Assembly: GCA_964010765.1 (NCBI GenBank) | Contig: CAXGMD010000001.1 | Span: 14,988 to 78,987 of the forward strand | From: an uncultured bacterium | GTDB lineage: Bacteria > SAR324 > NAC60-12 | DNA length: 64,000 bases | Direction of reading: 5' to 3' | Shown here: positions 51,330-62,773 of the stretch, in pieces | Numbering within the stretch: the stretch's first letter is position 1 | How the letters are laid out: every line of letters begins with the position of its first letter | The notes under the pieces: model-generated | The model's input: only the letters and a program-made list of their open reading frames with translations | What the model was told of the DNA's origin: nothing | The model's database searches: none | Made by a program: the position numbers and the translations under genes

Positions 51330-51472
51330 GTTACCTCTTCAGGAACAACAAAGATTTCAATGAATCGTTGATGACCAAAGATCACCAACCTTCTTTGGTA
51401 GAATTTATTCTGCTTAGTTATCCGCCAAAACCATTCAATCTTCCAGAAACTATATAGAAAATAGAATTTTTC

Positions 51473-52249
51473 ATGCGAGTCATAACATTAAATCTAAACG
51501 GGATTCGAGCCGCTTTTCGAAAGGGATTTGGAGAATGGTTAAAAAAGCAGGATGCTGATTTAATTCTTTTGCAGGAAACTCGGATTCAACCTGAGCAGTT
51601 GACTACTGAACAGACTCAGATTGAAGGATTTCAGTCATATTTTTCCTTTGCAGAAGCAAAAGGCTATTCAGGAGTTGGGATCTATTCGAAAAAAAAGCCG
51701 ATCTCAGTTGAAAAAAAAGTAGATTGGCAAGATTTTGATAAAGAAGGGAGATTTCTTCTTCTTGAGTTCCAAGATCTATATGTGCTTTCACTTTATCTTC
51801 CCTCTGGGACTCGTAGTGATGAACGACAAAATTTCAAGTATGAAACTCTAGATTGGTTTCGCGGATGGAGTTCCTCATTGGTTGATTCAGGTAAACAAGT
51901 TTTGGTTTGTGGTGACCTGAACATTGCTCACCAAGAGATTGATTTGAAGAATTGGAAAGGAAACCAGAAAAATTCTGGGTTTCTTCCAGAGGAGAGAGAA
52001 TGGATGACAGAACTTTTTGAGGTTGGTGGGTTTAATGATGTGTTCCGGAGTTTATATCCAGATCTTGAAATGTATACTTGGTGGTCCAATCGGGGAAGAG
52101 CTTGGGAGAAGGATGTTGGTTGGCGAATTGACTATCAAATAGCTACGCCAAAGCTTGCAGCATCTGCAATTGAGGGATCAGTCTACAAAGAGAAAAGATT
52201 CTCAGATCATTCTCCCCTGATCATTGAATACGATTGGGAATTGAACTGA
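51473..52249 (+). CDS. xthA: Exodeoxyribonuclease III
   Basis: EEP-fold motifs (MRVITLNLNGIRA, LQETR, GDLNIAHQEIDL, SDHSPLIIE). Confidence 0.9.
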   Translation: MRVITLNLNGIRAAFRKGFGEWLKKQDADLILLQETRIQPEQLTTEQTQIEGFQSYFSFAEAKGYSGVGIYSKKKPISVEKKVDWQDFDKEGRFLLLEFQDLYVLSLYLPSGTRSDERQNFKYETLDWFRGWSSSLVDSGKQVLVCGDLNIAHQEIDLKNWKGNQKNSGFLPEEREWMTELFEVGGFNDVFRSLYPDLEMYTWWSNRGRAWEKDVGWRIDYQIATPKLAASAIEGSVYKEKRFSDHSPLIIEYDWELN

Positions 52250-52263
52250 GTCAGGTGGGATAC

Positions 52264-52282
52264 GGGGGTAGGGCCTACCCCC
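52264..52282. terminator. GC-rich hairpin GGGGGTAG-GGC-CTACCCCC between convergent xthA and XRE genes (putative bidirectional terminator)
   Basis: 8-bp perfect stem seen directly; weak U-tracts on both sides. Confidence 0.45.
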
Positions 52283-52288
52283 TATCAT

Positions 52289-52801
52289 TCAGGCGTTTTC
52301 AAGAACAGTGTGAGGATCACTTTTTACGCGGAAGAATTCGTAAGGGACGTTTAAAGCTCTAGATATTCTTTCGAGCGCAGCATCCGAGACATCAGCAGCG
52401 TGCGATTCCCAACTTTTCACAGTTTGAATGGCAAAACCAAATTCATATGAAAAAGCTTCAATAGACATTCCTCGGAGAAGACGTGCGTATTTGATGCGAT
52501 CACCAACACGATCTAGGTCTAAATTGGCATCAAGTCCCATCTCACGTACGTTAATACCCAAGACTTTTGCAATTTCACTGTATTTGGTCAATTTTGGTGT
52601 GGAGTGACCGGTTTCCCAGTTCTTGACGGCGGTCAATGAAACATTCAGCTTTCGGGCAAAATCTTTGCGGGTCAGGCCTGCATTTTCGCGCCACTGCACC
52701 ATTTTTTCGCCAAATGAGTTATCTTCGATGTTTTCGTTGGCTGCTGTAGCTTGCTCAGTCATAGCGACTACGACTCCTTGTCTTGGGGTAGGGAAAGACA
52801 T
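52289..52801 (-). CDS. XRE-family transcriptional regulator with two tandem HTH domains
   Basis: Two HTH_3-like segments (LTRKDFARKLNVSLTAVKNWETG and MSIEAFSYEFGFAIQTVKSWES). Confidence 0.8.
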   Translation of the reverse strand: MSFPTPRQGVVVAMTEQATAANENIEDNSFGEKMVQWRENAGLTRKDFARKLNVSLTAVKNWETGHSTPKLTKYSEIAKVLGINVREMGLDANLDLDRVGDRIKYARLLRGMSIEAFSYEFGFAIQTVKSWESHAADVSDAALERISRALNVPYEFFRVKSDPHTVLENA

Positions 52802-52983
52802 GAATTCCTGATCATGTTCTTTTCCTGCGGGTGGTCCCGCTAAACGAAATCACAGCGTGCTTTCAATTTTTTTAGCGCATCCGTAATTCACTTAAAAACC
52901 ATAAATTATTATTATTATTGTTTCATTTGTCAAGGATTTTCCTCTTGCAATTGTTGAATCTACTCATAGGCAGCACCTCTGCT

Positions 52984-54123
52984 TCAGCACTTTTGTAACA
53001 AAACTGATCCGGCTGAATAACCAGCTCCAAAAGCGCAAAACACGCCCCAAGATCCTTTATCTAGATTCTGTGATTCAGAGAAAGCTAAGACCACTCCAGC
53101 TGCTCCAGTATTGCCACACTTTTTTAAAACCAATGGAAGTTCAGCTGGCGAAGGCTCTCGTTCTAGAACTTTTTTAGCAAGCAATAGATTCATTTTGCTA
53201 TTTGCCTGATGTAACCATACGCGCTTGATGGAGCTGCTCTTGATTCTCTCTTCATCCAACTGATTCAGGATCATCTCTGAGACGAGTGGAACAATTTCCT
53301 TAAATACTGCCCGACCTTGCTGAGAAAAAAGATTTCTGGGATGCCATGGATCCGTTCTGTTCACTGCTTGACGGAGAAAACCTCCATCATTTCTGATATT
53401 GTTTGAGAAATGAGTCTGGAGATGAATATTCTTGACGGAGAAAGCATTGCTCGATTTTGAAGTCTCGCTTCGTTCCAGATAGAGTGCACCTGCGGCATCC
53501 CCAAAAATAAAATGACTGTCTCGATCCCTGAAATTGAGATGCCCTGTGTAAAATTCAGGGCTGACAATCAGAACTCCTGGAAGTTCAGGCTGTGTAATTA
53601 GTGAGTTGTAGGCCAAGCGAATGGCAAAAGGTACCGAGGAACACGCAACGTTCATATCAAAAGCGAATCCATTAATGCCGAGAGCTTTTTGAATTTCGAT
53701 GGCTAAACTAGGATAGGGACGCTCATAGTTGGAACAGGCTGATATCAGCATGCCAACGTCACTGGCTGATTTATTTGCTTGATCCAAAGCATTTTTGGCG
53801 GCTGCTAAACCCATTTCCGCTTGATAGCTCAATTCATCTGGATTTCGATCTTCTAGATCAGGACGCAGCCTTTTTGGATCAATAATCCCACTAGCCTCCA
53901 TTACGTGTCGCGATTCAATGCCTGAAGCATTCTTGATGAAATCAGCGCTGGAGGTTTTTAAGGCGGTCCTATCACCAGCGGCGATTTCTGCTGAGTACTC
54001 CTGATTGTATTCCTCAACATGAGCGTTATAGGCCTTAACCAACGTCTCATTATCAATAACTTCTGGTGGAATAAAGGTTCCGCATCCTGTGATAAGGATT
54101 TGATCAGTCAACGTTCTTCTCAA
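52984..54123 (-). CDS. 3-oxoacyl-ACP synthase III (FabH/KAS III) family protein with N-terminal insertion
   Basis: Cys-His-Asn triad context (NVACSSVPFA, HQANSKMN, CGNTGAAGV); about 45 extra residues versus canonical FabH. Confidence 0.8.
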   Translation of the reverse strand: MRRTLTDQILITGCGTFIPPEVIDNETLVKAYNAHVEEYNQEYSAEIAAGDRTALKTSSADFIKNASGIESRHVMEASGIIDPKRLRPDLEDRNPDELSYQAEMGLAAAKNALDQANKSASDVGMLISACSNYERPYPSLAIEIQKALGINGFAFDMNVACSSVPFAIRLAYNSLITQPELPGVLIVSPEFYTGHLNFRDRDSHFIFGDAAGALYLERSETSKSSNAFSVKNIHLQTHFSNNIRNDGGFLRQAVNRTDPWHPRNLFSQQGRAVFKEIVPLVSEMILNQLDEERIKSSSIKRVWLHQANSKMNLLLAKKVLEREPSPAELPLVLKKCGNTGAAGVVLAFSESQNLDKGSWGVFCAFGAGYSAGSVLLQKC

Positions 54124-54125
54124 AA

Positions 54126-54743
54126 TTAAATTTGGTCCAACCAGTCAATTTGGCCTTTGCCAATCCTGATGACATCTGGCGCTTCAGTCGTGAAATCAAT
54201 AATTGTCGAATGCTCAGCAAAAATTTCTCCTCCATCAATCACTAAGTCCACTTGCTTACCAAATTCCTCATGGATTTCCCATGCGTTGTCAAAAAGGTGA
54301 TCTTCACCGCTATATAGCGAGCTACTAAGAATTGGATTCCCCAGTTCTGAAACGACTTGTGTAGCGATGATTTGATCAGGCCAGCGAACACCAATTGTAC
54401 TTCGTTTTGTTAGTAAAAGCTTGGGAACGATTTTGGAGGCTCGGAACAGGAAAGTATATGGACCTGGGAGGTGGCGTTTTAAAATTTTAAAAACTGCTGT
54501 ATCAATGCCCTGCGAATATTCTTGGATCTGTTGGAGGCTGGAGCAAATGAAAGTCAAATGTCGTTTAGCATCGACATCCTTGATCAAACTTATTTTTTTT
54601 AGTGCTTTCTTGCTGTAGATGTTGCAGCCAAGTCCATAAACGGTATCTGTAGGATAAATAATGACTCCATCATTCTGGAGGACATCAATGACTTGGTTGA
54701 TGTAACGGGGCTGGGGATTGTACGGGTGAATTTCGAGGAGCAT
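54126..54743 (-). CDS. tsaC: L-threonylcarbamoyladenylate synthase (YrdC/Sua5 family)
   Basis: IIYPTDTVYGLGCN and YrdC-domain pattern; 205 aa. Confidence 0.85.
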   Translation of the reverse strand: MLLEIHPYNPQPRYINQVIDVLQNDGVIIYPTDTVYGLGCNIYSKKALKKISLIKDVDAKRHLTFICSSLQQIQEYSQGIDTAVFKILKRHLPGPYTFLFRASKIVPKLLLTKRSTIGVRWPDQIIATQVVSELGNPILSSSLYSGEDHLFDNAWEIHEEFGKQVDLVIDGGEIFAEHSTIIDFTTEAPDVIRIGKGQIDWLDQI

Positions 54744-54747
54744 TAAA

Positions 54748-55356
54748 CTAGCGTGGAATACGAGGCTGGATCTGATTGATAGTTTCTTTCTGGAATTTTG
54801 CCTCTTGTTCCTTCTCCCATTGGGATCGAGGGTCTCCGTCTTTCTTGGATTCCAGACACTGTTGCAGGAAGTTTTGAAAGATGTTTGCGACCGAGTCTAA
54901 TTGAGTAATCAAACGATGATCAGCGGGCAGCAAGTGAAGCGGAACTTGGTAATTACGTGCAAATTTGATCACATTTTCGACGGGAACCACCTCATCATCC
55001 CAACCATGAACCAATAAGGTCTTCTCAGCAAATGGCCTAGGCGAATTGGGTTCCAGATTTTCAAGGCCAACAGCAGAAGCCAACAAAAAAAGTCCCTGTG
55101 GCTTCAGCTTCTCTGATGCACAGAGGGATACCCAACTCCCCATACTAGAACCAACAAGAATTAGTTGTTCTGCAGCAAAGGTTTGAAGCGAAAGTAACTT
55201 CTCAACTCGTCCATAGCCGCTTTTAATGACTGAGTAATCAGGGCTGACCACTCTGAAATTCAAATTTTCAGCTACTTGGGCCAATCTTTTGATCTTTGTT
55301 CCCCAGGGACCACTTTCATGCCCATGTGCGAAGTAAACTATTCGCTCGTTTGCCAT
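54748..55356 (-). CDS. alpha/beta-hydrolase fold esterase (YqiA-like)
   Basis: HGHESGPWGTK N-terminus, GSSMGS nucleophile elbow, C-terminal His. Confidence 0.6.
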   Translation of the reverse strand: MANERIVYFAHGHESGPWGTKIKRLAQVAENLNFRVVSPDYSVIKSGYGRVEKLLSLQTFAAEQLILVGSSMGSWVSLCASEKLKPQGLFLLASAVGLENLEPNSPRPFAEKTLLVHGWDDEVVPVENVIKFARNYQVPLHLLPADHRLITQLDSVANIFQNFLQQCLESKKDGDPRSQWEKEQEAKFQKETINQIQPRIPR

Positions 55357-55358
55357 GA

Positions 55359-56948
55359 TCAGTTAATTTCCATTGTCTGAAGAAACTGGATTTCTGGCCA
55401 ATCTTCTGTTGTTCGCTCAAGTCTCCATGCATTGGCTGGAAGATAAACAAGATTCCCCTGAGAATCCCTAGCCAAGGAATCAAGAAACTGTTTTTCAAAT
55501 CTTTTTAAAGCCTCAGCGTCTTGAGTCACTACCCATCGTGCCGTTAAAAAATTTGCAGGTTCCAAGTGAGATTCGACCCCATATTCATTTTTCAGACGAG
55601 CAAGAATGACATCAAACTGCAAAATACCCACGGCTCCCAAAAGATAATCATTTCGATTAAGCGGCCGGAACAACTGAACAGCTCCTTCTTCAGTGAGTTG
55701 TTGTAGGCCTTTTTCTAATTGCTTGGCTTTCAAGGCATTGTCGATACGGACTTTCCGAAAGTGCTCTGGGGCAAAATGTGGAATGCCGACAAATCGGAGA
55801 TCTTCTTTTTCAGCAAAGCTGTCCCCGATACGTATGGTACCGTGATTGTGTATGCCAATAATGTCGCCGGGAAACGCTTCTTCTACATTTTCTCGATCCT
55901 GAGCAAGAAACATAATAGCATTGTGTAATTGCACTTCTCTTCCCAATCGCTGATGTTTGACACGCATCCCACGCTGGAAACGCCCGGAACAGATCCTCAA
56001 GAAGGCAATTCGGTCTCGATGAGCCGGATCCATGTTCGCTTGAATCTTAAAAACGACTCCACTGAAGGCCTCTTCGTAGGGAGAGACCTCACGAGTTTGC
56101 GTGGATCTCTGCCTTGGTGCAGGGGCTACTTCCACAAAGGCATCAAGCATCTCAGAGACACCGAAGCTATTGATTGCACTTCCAAAGAAAACAGGAGTTT
56201 GTAGACCCTTCAGATAGCGTTCGCTATTGAATGGAGTTGAAGCACCTTCCAGCAACTCGATATCTTCTCTAAGTTCATCTGCTTGTTTGCCCAATAGTTC
56301 ATCCAATTTGGGATCTGCAAGGTCAGTGATGCGGACGATATCGTCAACTTTCTTTGTTCTGGAGGCAGCAAATAATGAAAGCTCTTTGCGATATAGGTTG
56401 TATGTGCCTCTGAAGGATTTTCCCATCCCAATGGGCCAGCTCATTGGAGCACATTCTACCCGCAGGGTCTCTTCAACATCCTGCAGCACGTCTAGAGGCG
56501 GTAGCCCTTCTCGATCCAGTTTATTTACGAAAGTTATGATCGGAGTATTTCGCAGTCTGCAAACGTCCATCAATTTTCTGGTTTGTTCCTCAACCCCTTT
56601 TGCGCTGTCAATGACCACGAGGGCACTGTCCACGGCAGTAAGAACTCGATAGGTGTCTTCAGAAAAATCTTGGTGTCCAGGAGTGTCTAAAAGATTCACT
56701 TCACAGTTTTGGTAAGTGAATTTCATCACGGAAGAAGTAACAGATATACCACGCTGTTTCTCAATTTCCATCCAGTCACTGGTTGCATGACGACTGGCTT
56801 TACGAGCCTTGACAGAGCCTGCGAGCTGTATTGCTCCGCCATAGAGCAGGATTTTCTCAGTAAGAGTGGTTTTACCGGCATCAGGGTGACTAATGATCCC
56901 GAATGTTCGACGCCTATCAACTTCCTGTTGGAATTGAGAAGTACTCAT
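55359..56948 (-). CDS. prfC: Peptide chain release factor 3
   Basis: GTPase motifs [28 protein letters not shown] and the RF3 C-terminal domains; 529 aa. Confidence 0.95.
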   Translation of the reverse strand: MSTSQFQQEVDRRRTFGIISHPDAGKTTLTEKILLYGGAIQLAGSVKARKASRHATSDWMEIEKQRGISVTSSVMKFTYQNCEVNLLDTPGHQDFSEDTYRVLTAVDSALVVIDSAKGVEEQTRKLMDVCRLRNTPIITFVNKLDREGLPPLDVLQDVEETLRVECAPMSWPIGMGKSFRGTYNLYRKELSLFAASRTKKVDDIVRITDLADPKLDELLGKQADELREDIELLEGASTPFNSERYLKGLQTPVFFGSAINSFGVSEMLDAFVEVAPAPRQRSTQTREVSPYEEAFSGVVFKIQANMDPAHRDRIAFLRICSGRFQRGMRVKHQRLGREVQLHNAIMFLAQDRENVEEAFPGDIIGIHNHGTIRIGDSFAEKEDLRFVGIPHFAPEHFRKVRIDNALKAKQLEKGLQQLTEEGAVQLFRPLNRNDYLLGAVGILQFDVILARLKNEYGVESHLEPANFLTARWVVTQDAEALKRFEKQFLDSLARDSQGNLVYLPANAWRLERTTEDWPEIQFLQTMEIN

Positions 56949-56951
56949 AAA

Positions 56952-58232
56952 TCAGATCGCTCGCTGGGATGCCAGTTGTCGATATTCAGCAAGCCTCCGT
57001 TCTACACGCCCAACTGAAGCTGCAAAGTCCCTGTTCCCATTTTCTTTTTTTAACGCCTCAAGATAGGCTCTTCTAGCTTGTTGGTAGTCATCCCTACTGA
57101 CTGCACCAGCCTCATAACTCAATCCAAGATTATACCAGTCCTCGGCAGTCCGATCATCTTTTGATAGTGACTCAAGACGCTGACGAGCTTCGTCCCAAAG
57201 GCCATCTCTCAGCAGCTCCTCTGCACGTTCTTCTTCCCCTCCTTCTGCAACCAAAGCCTTAATGCGTTGAGTAGTTGGTGAGATGCTTTGAAGAAAAGCT
57301 TCCACCGCTTTTGATCCTAATTTTTGAAGAATCTGCTCTCGCTCTTCATCTGGCAGGTCGTTGAGATTTGGATTTGGAAGCCTCTTGTCCACGTAAAAAA
57401 TTTCTTTGGGGTTTGTTTGCTCGACTACCGCTAACTCCCTAATTGGAATCGGAATCAGAGGAATTTTAGACCGATTCACCAAATTGGCTATGCCTGGTAT
57501 TGGTCTAGCCTCATAGCGATGTTGATAACTTTCAGTGTCAATCATCTGCTTGCCAAAATCTCCTCCAGAAACTCGCACAGCTACGGTCCTCTGTTCTTGA
57601 TCTCCACCAATGATGGTCAAGCTGAAGCTCGTTTCAGTGTAAAGAGAAATGTTTCTGTAGCGGTAGGTTCTGATGACTTGATTGACCGGTGGTAGATCTG
57701 CATCGACACCCATCCCAGTCAATAACGTTGCTGCGCCGAGATCTATCAGAGACGAGCCCAGTCCTCCGGGGCGGCAAATATAAGCTCTGCTATCCAATGT
57801 AAGGGCATCTTCGCCAATTGCGATGCTCGCGCCAGCAGATAATCTACCTCCGATTCCACCCTTGCAAGTTGCCAGTTCGGTGAATTGTCCTATTTCTCTT
57901 TCTCCACCGCTAACAATTGCGCCCTGGATTATCCCAATCCGTTGGCCGGGTACTAATTTTTCTGCAGGTAATGTGTCTACAATCTGAGCGTTGAATCGCC
58001 CTTGATGGTTCAATTCGTTGACAAGTTCCTGCAGCAAAATCTCCTTCAGATTTAGTTGATCGCCTTCAGTCTTAACCAAATCCTCACGAATGTAGATTTC
58101 CGTAACTTTTCTAGGAACATCCAGTTGGGCTGGACGTTGGACATTCAACTCGACTGCTGAGTTGGAACTACAACTGATTTGGAAAAACAGACTTGGAATT
58201 GCCAATAGAAATGAGAATCTCATTTTGCTCAA
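56952..58232 (-). CDS. hypothetical lipoprotein with C-terminal TPR-like helical region
   Basis: Signal plus lipobox-like QISCSS; C-terminal WYNLGLSYEAG...ARRAYLEAL TPR-like repeats; first gene of the prfC operon. Confidence 0.45.
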   Translation of the reverse strand: MSKMRFSFLLAIPSLFFQISCSSNSAVELNVQRPAQLDVPRKVTEIYIREDLVKTEGDQLNLKEILLQELVNELNHQGRFNAQIVDTLPAEKLVPGQRIGIIQGAIVSGGEREIGQFTELATCKGGIGGRLSAGASIAIGEDALTLDSRAYICRPGGLGSSLIDLGAATLLTGMGVDADLPPVNQVIRTYRYRNISLYTETSFSLTIIGGDQEQRTVAVRVSGGDFGKQMIDTESYQHRYEARPIPGIANLVNRSKIPLIPIPIRELAVVEQTNPKEIFYVDKRLPNPNLNDLPDEEREQILQKLGSKAVEAFLQSISPTTQRIKALVAEGGEEERAEELLRDGLWDEARQRLESLSKDDRTAEDWYNLGLSYEAGAVSRDDYQQARRAYLEALKKENGNRDFAASVGRVERRLAEYRQLASQRAI

Positions 58233-58423
58233 GGGTGTAGTTAGGAAGGAAAATTAATTTCTAATGAGGATAGGAGACTCTTTTCCAAAAGACAATTGGC
58301 GGTTGCCTGAGAACGCAAGTTCCTGTCAAATTTTAATTTTTGATGAAAAAATTTGATCAAGATTAATTCGGACGTTGGTAACAATCCGGTTAATGTTTGG
58401 TCTGGGAGAGTAATGACTAACTG

Positions 58424-58451
58424 GTAGCTTTCAGCCTAGAGAAAGCTACCA
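58424..58451 (-). terminator. 10-bp perfect hairpin GGTAGCTTTC-N8-GAAAGCTACC downstream of the 58472-59155 gene
   Basis: Seen directly; strong stem with a poor U-tract. Confidence 0.35.
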
Positions 58452-58471
58452 ATAAGGTGGGCGGGAACTGC

Positions 58472-59155
58472 TTACTTAGATGATTCAATTACGTTGATAG
58501 CTTTCAGGGCCTTATCCTTGATCTCTTCATTACCCAGTAGATCAGCAGCCTTGTGTAATGAACGTGCATCAGTAATTTTCACCCCAGGTGCGTAGATATC
58601 CAGCATCTTCAAAACTCTGTTTTGCACTATCTCAAATTTCTCGGACTTCAAATCCCCTTTATTCTGAAGTCGCCAAATTTTGAATAGACCTTCGCTGTAA
58701 ATATCGATAGGAGCTTTGTTTAAAATGGCTCTTTCAAACATTTCCTCAGCTTTGTCCAAGTATCCATCTTTCCTTGCAAGTTCAATCTCCTGAAAGTGAG
58801 CTTGCCAGTCAGGCTGTTCTTCAACAGCTTGAAAAGTGTCATTATCTTTGTGTTCAACCTTAGCCGTTGATTTGGTTTCAATATCTACTGAGGTTGCTCC
58901 TTCGGTGGGAACAGAAGAATTTTCTTTTACTTCGGACTTTTCCTCAGATGAGGTCTCCGAGATAGAAGCTGTTTGAGTATTTTCGATGCTGGAAGAAGGG
59001 ATTTCACGAACACCAGATCCCTGATCATCTCTCTCAAGCTTTATCGTTTTTGACTCAGCACTGGACTGTGAGGCTGTGCTCGTAGTAGTTGTTGATGTCG
59101 ATGTAGCATTCTCTTGGGGACCTCCGAAGAGAAGCTTCCAGAAATATGACCACAT
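58472..59155 (-). CDS. hypothetical protein with Ser/Thr-rich low-complexity N-terminal half
   Basis: ORF; TSTSTTTTSTASQSS tract; helical C-terminal half. Confidence 0.45.
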   Translation of the reverse strand: MWSYFWKLLFGGPQENATSTSTTTTSTASQSSAESKTIKLERDDQGSGVREIPSSSIENTQTASISETSSEEKSEVKENSSVPTEGATSVDIETKSTAKVEHKDNDTFQAVEEQPDWQAHFQEIELARKDGYLDKAEEMFERAILNKAPIDIYSEGLFKIWRLQNKGDLKSEKFEIVQNRVLKMLDIYAPGVKITDARSLHKAADLLGNEEIKDKALKAINVIESSK

Positions 59156-59191
59156 ATTACCATCCTTGGCTATGGTTTAATCCAACTTAGT

Positions 59192-59216
59192 GTTGCCACT
59201 AGTGGGCAACTTTTTT
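59192..59216 (+). terminator. Plus-strand intrinsic-terminator-like element GTTGCC-N7-GGCAAC plus T6, antisense to the 5' region of the 58472-59155 gene
   Basis: Seen directly; no plus-strand ORF lies upstream, suggesting an sRNA/antisense transcript end or an insulator. Confidence 0.35.
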
Positions 59217-59884
59217 ATGGGATTTAAACTTTGCAATCATCAAACCTATCTAAAATTAGGCTTCTAAACGAATGTTAGAATTCAATTGGAATTACTGGCT
59301 TATAAGTAAGCGAATTACCCTATCTTATGGAACCGAATTCAAAGATGCAGCAGCTTCGACAAACGCAACACAGTTTTAAACTGTTGTTGACCAGTATTTC
59401 ATATTCGATCTTAAGATTCAGACCTTGGAGATCAAGAAGTAAGCTTTCATATCTATGAAGATTTTTAAGAAGCGGTTTGGCCTAGCATAAATTAAGGCGA
59501 ATTTTTCATAGACTCTTGTGTTGATCTTTCTACGTAACTAAGAATTGTTTCAATTAGTTTTAAGAATTCTGAGTACCAGCAACCTTGAGTAAGTAAGTTT
59601 ATTTGAAAAAAATCCTCTATTCAACCAAGAATATTTGGAGTTAGATTGAAGTAAGAAAAGTAGGCGTTTCAGTTTTGGTGAGATTTAGTTTTTTGATTAG
59701 TGAGTTAAAGGGTGGGATTTTTTGAGGTTTGGGTGTGCGCTGCTCTAAGAATTTTTTCGATCATCAAATTCTGGATTTATCTTGAACATACAACCCTTTC
59801 TCTTTGAAAATAATTGTTTTATTTTTTGCATCCCACTTGATCGTGGGCTGCATTCGAGCGGGTAGTATCACGAAAACAAAATAA

Positions 59885-60829
<945 letters not shown>

Positions 60830-60875
60830 AGTTGATCAAAATTGAACGAAACAGTTATTTGGAAGAGAAAAATCC

Positions 60876-61382
60876 ATGCAAAGTAAAATTCTTTTGAGCG
60901 TCATTGGAATTTTGACGCTCTGTATCCTTGGGCTCCTTGGATATCTATGGTTTCAAGAAATTTTTGATCCCTCGAAACACCCAGTATTATTACTAGGGAT
61001 GTCAGCGGTTGCGGGTATGGGAATCATCGTTGGTATTCACGCCTATCGAGCTTCGGCTGATCATGAAGCTGAAGCCTATCGTGAATCGCTAAAAAGAAAT
61101 CCTCTACCGGAAGGTCGGAGGCAGGGCATAGTTAAATGGTTCGATCCAAAAAAAGGGTTTGGTTTTATTGCCCAGGACAGTGGCGATGACCTGTTTGTAC
61201 ACCAATCAGAAATTCAACAGGACGGTTTCAGATTTCTTAATGAGAACGAAAGGGTAGAGTTTGAGGTGGGTTCTGGCAAGAAAGGTCCAGTTGCCCTCAA
61301 AGTGCTGCGCTTGGATCCACAGCCCCCAAAGGAATATTACGAAGCAGAATTGGTTCAGGAAGTTGTTTCAAAAGCGTCCTAG
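60876..61382 (+). CDS. Membrane-anchored cold-shock-domain protein
   Basis: Two N-terminal TM helices followed by a CSD with RNP motifs ([15 protein letters not shown] and DLFVHQSEI). Confidence 0.8.
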   Translation: MQSKILLSVIGILTLCILGLLGYLWFQEIFDPSKHPVLLLGMSAVAGMGIIVGIHAYRASADHEAEAYRESLKRNPLPEGRRQGIVKWFDPKKGFGFIAQDSGDDLFVHQSEIQQDGFRFLNENERVEFEVGSGKKGPVALKVLRLDPQPPKEYYEAELVQEVVSKAS

Positions 61383-61442
61383 TTCTACCAATTAAATAGG
61401 GGTCTGCAAGGACCCTGCTCCACTAAACGTTCAGAAAAAAAT

Positions 61443-62657
61443 ATGAAAAGAGAAAAACTGGTACTCGCCTATTCAGGTGGATTGGATACTTCTGTTTTGG
61501 TTCATTGGCTCACATCAGAGGGATACGATGTTATCGCACTATGTCTAGATCTGGGACAGCAAGTTGAAAATTTGGAAGCGATTCGTGCCAAAGGTCACAA
61601 AGCTGGTGCAGTAGAAGTACTGCTTGAGAACGTTCAAGATGAATTCGTAAGGGACTTTGTGGTTCCTGCGATTCAGTGGAATGCGATCTACGAAGGTACC
61701 TACTTGTTAGGGACCTCACTAGCGAGACCACTGATTGCAAAGAAACAAATTGAAGTCGCCCAACAATATGGAGCTTCTGCAGTTGGCCATGGAGCAACTG
61801 GAAAAGGGAATGATCAGGTACGTTTCGAACTATCCTACTATTCCTTGCAACCAGATATTCAAGTGGTTGCACCATGGAAAATTCCTGAATTTTTCAAGAA
61901 ATATCCTGGGCGTACGGAACTGTTGGCCTATGCACAACAAAATGGCATCCCCGTAAAAGCAACAGTGCAACAGCCTTGGAGTTCTGATGAAAACCTGATG
62001 CACATCAGTTTTGAATCCGGAATGCTAGAAGATCCCTGGCAGGCTCCGTTAGCAGAAATGTTTGAGTTGTCTAAATCTCCTCAGGATGCCCCTGATCAAA
62101 GCAGAGAAATCCTAATTGAATTTGAGCAAGGGATCCCAGTATCAGTGGATGGAGAGCGATTATCTCCGGCCGCCTTACTCGCTCGCTTGAATCAAATTGG
62201 TGGTGAAAATGGCATCGGTCGGGTTGACATGGTCGAATCTCGATTTGTTGGGATGAAATCCCGTGGCGTTTATGAAGCCCCAGGGGGCACCATTCTTCAT
62301 GTTGCCCATCGTGCTGTTGAGTCTCTTACCCTCGACAGAAATGTCATCAATTTAAAAGACTCCCTGATGCCTCGTTTTGCACAGCTGGCCTACAATGGGT
62401 TTTGGTTCTGTCCAGAGATGGAGCTTTTGCTCTCGCTTGGAAAACAGAGTCAGGAGAGAGTCTCAGGGACAGCACGGTTGAAACTGTACAAGGGGAACTG
62501 CATGGTTACTGGTCGTAAGTCACCTTTCAGTCTTTATGATGAAGATATTGCGACAATGGAGAAGGATCAGGGTGCTTACAACCCGCAAGATGCTGATGGC
62601 TTCATACGATTACACGCCCTTCCTCTTCGAATCCAACGTAGGCTGCAGAACAAGTAA
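61443..62657 (+). CDS. argG: Argininosuccinate synthase
   Basis: AYSGGLDTS PP-loop and full-length ArgG pattern; 404 aa. Confidence 0.95.
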   Translation: MKREKLVLAYSGGLDTSVLVHWLTSEGYDVIALCLDLGQQVENLEAIRAKGHKAGAVEVLLENVQDEFVRDFVVPAIQWNAIYEGTYLLGTSLARPLIAKKQIEVAQQYGASAVGHGATGKGNDQVRFELSYYSLQPDIQVVAPWKIPEFFKKYPGRTELLAYAQQNGIPVKATVQQPWSSDENLMHISFESGMLEDPWQAPLAEMFELSKSPQDAPDQSREILIEFEQGIPVSVDGERLSPAALLARLNQIGGENGIGRVDMVESRFVGMKSRGVYEAPGGTILHVAHRAVESLTLDRNVINLKDSLMPRFAQLAYNGFWFCPEMELLLSLGKQSQERVSGTARLKLYKGNCMVTGRKSPFSLYDEDIATMEKDQGAYNPQDADGFIRLHALPLRIQRRLQNK

Positions 62658-62734
62658 TAAGTTGATATCTAGTTTCTAGATTTTTCCCAAGAAAAGGACT
62701 GGTGAGGTTGATAAGGCAGGAGTTGCAGAAAGTC

Positions 62735-62767
62735 AGGCGTCCTGTTTATTTAGGACGCCTTTTGTAT
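62735..62767 (+). terminator. Rho-independent terminator AGGCGTCCT-N8-AGGACGCCT plus T-rich tail after argG (also serves convergent amtB)
   Basis: 9-bp perfect stem followed by TTTTGTATG; A-rich on the other side, so possibly bidirectional. Confidence 0.7.
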
Positions 62768-62773
62768 GTGATT

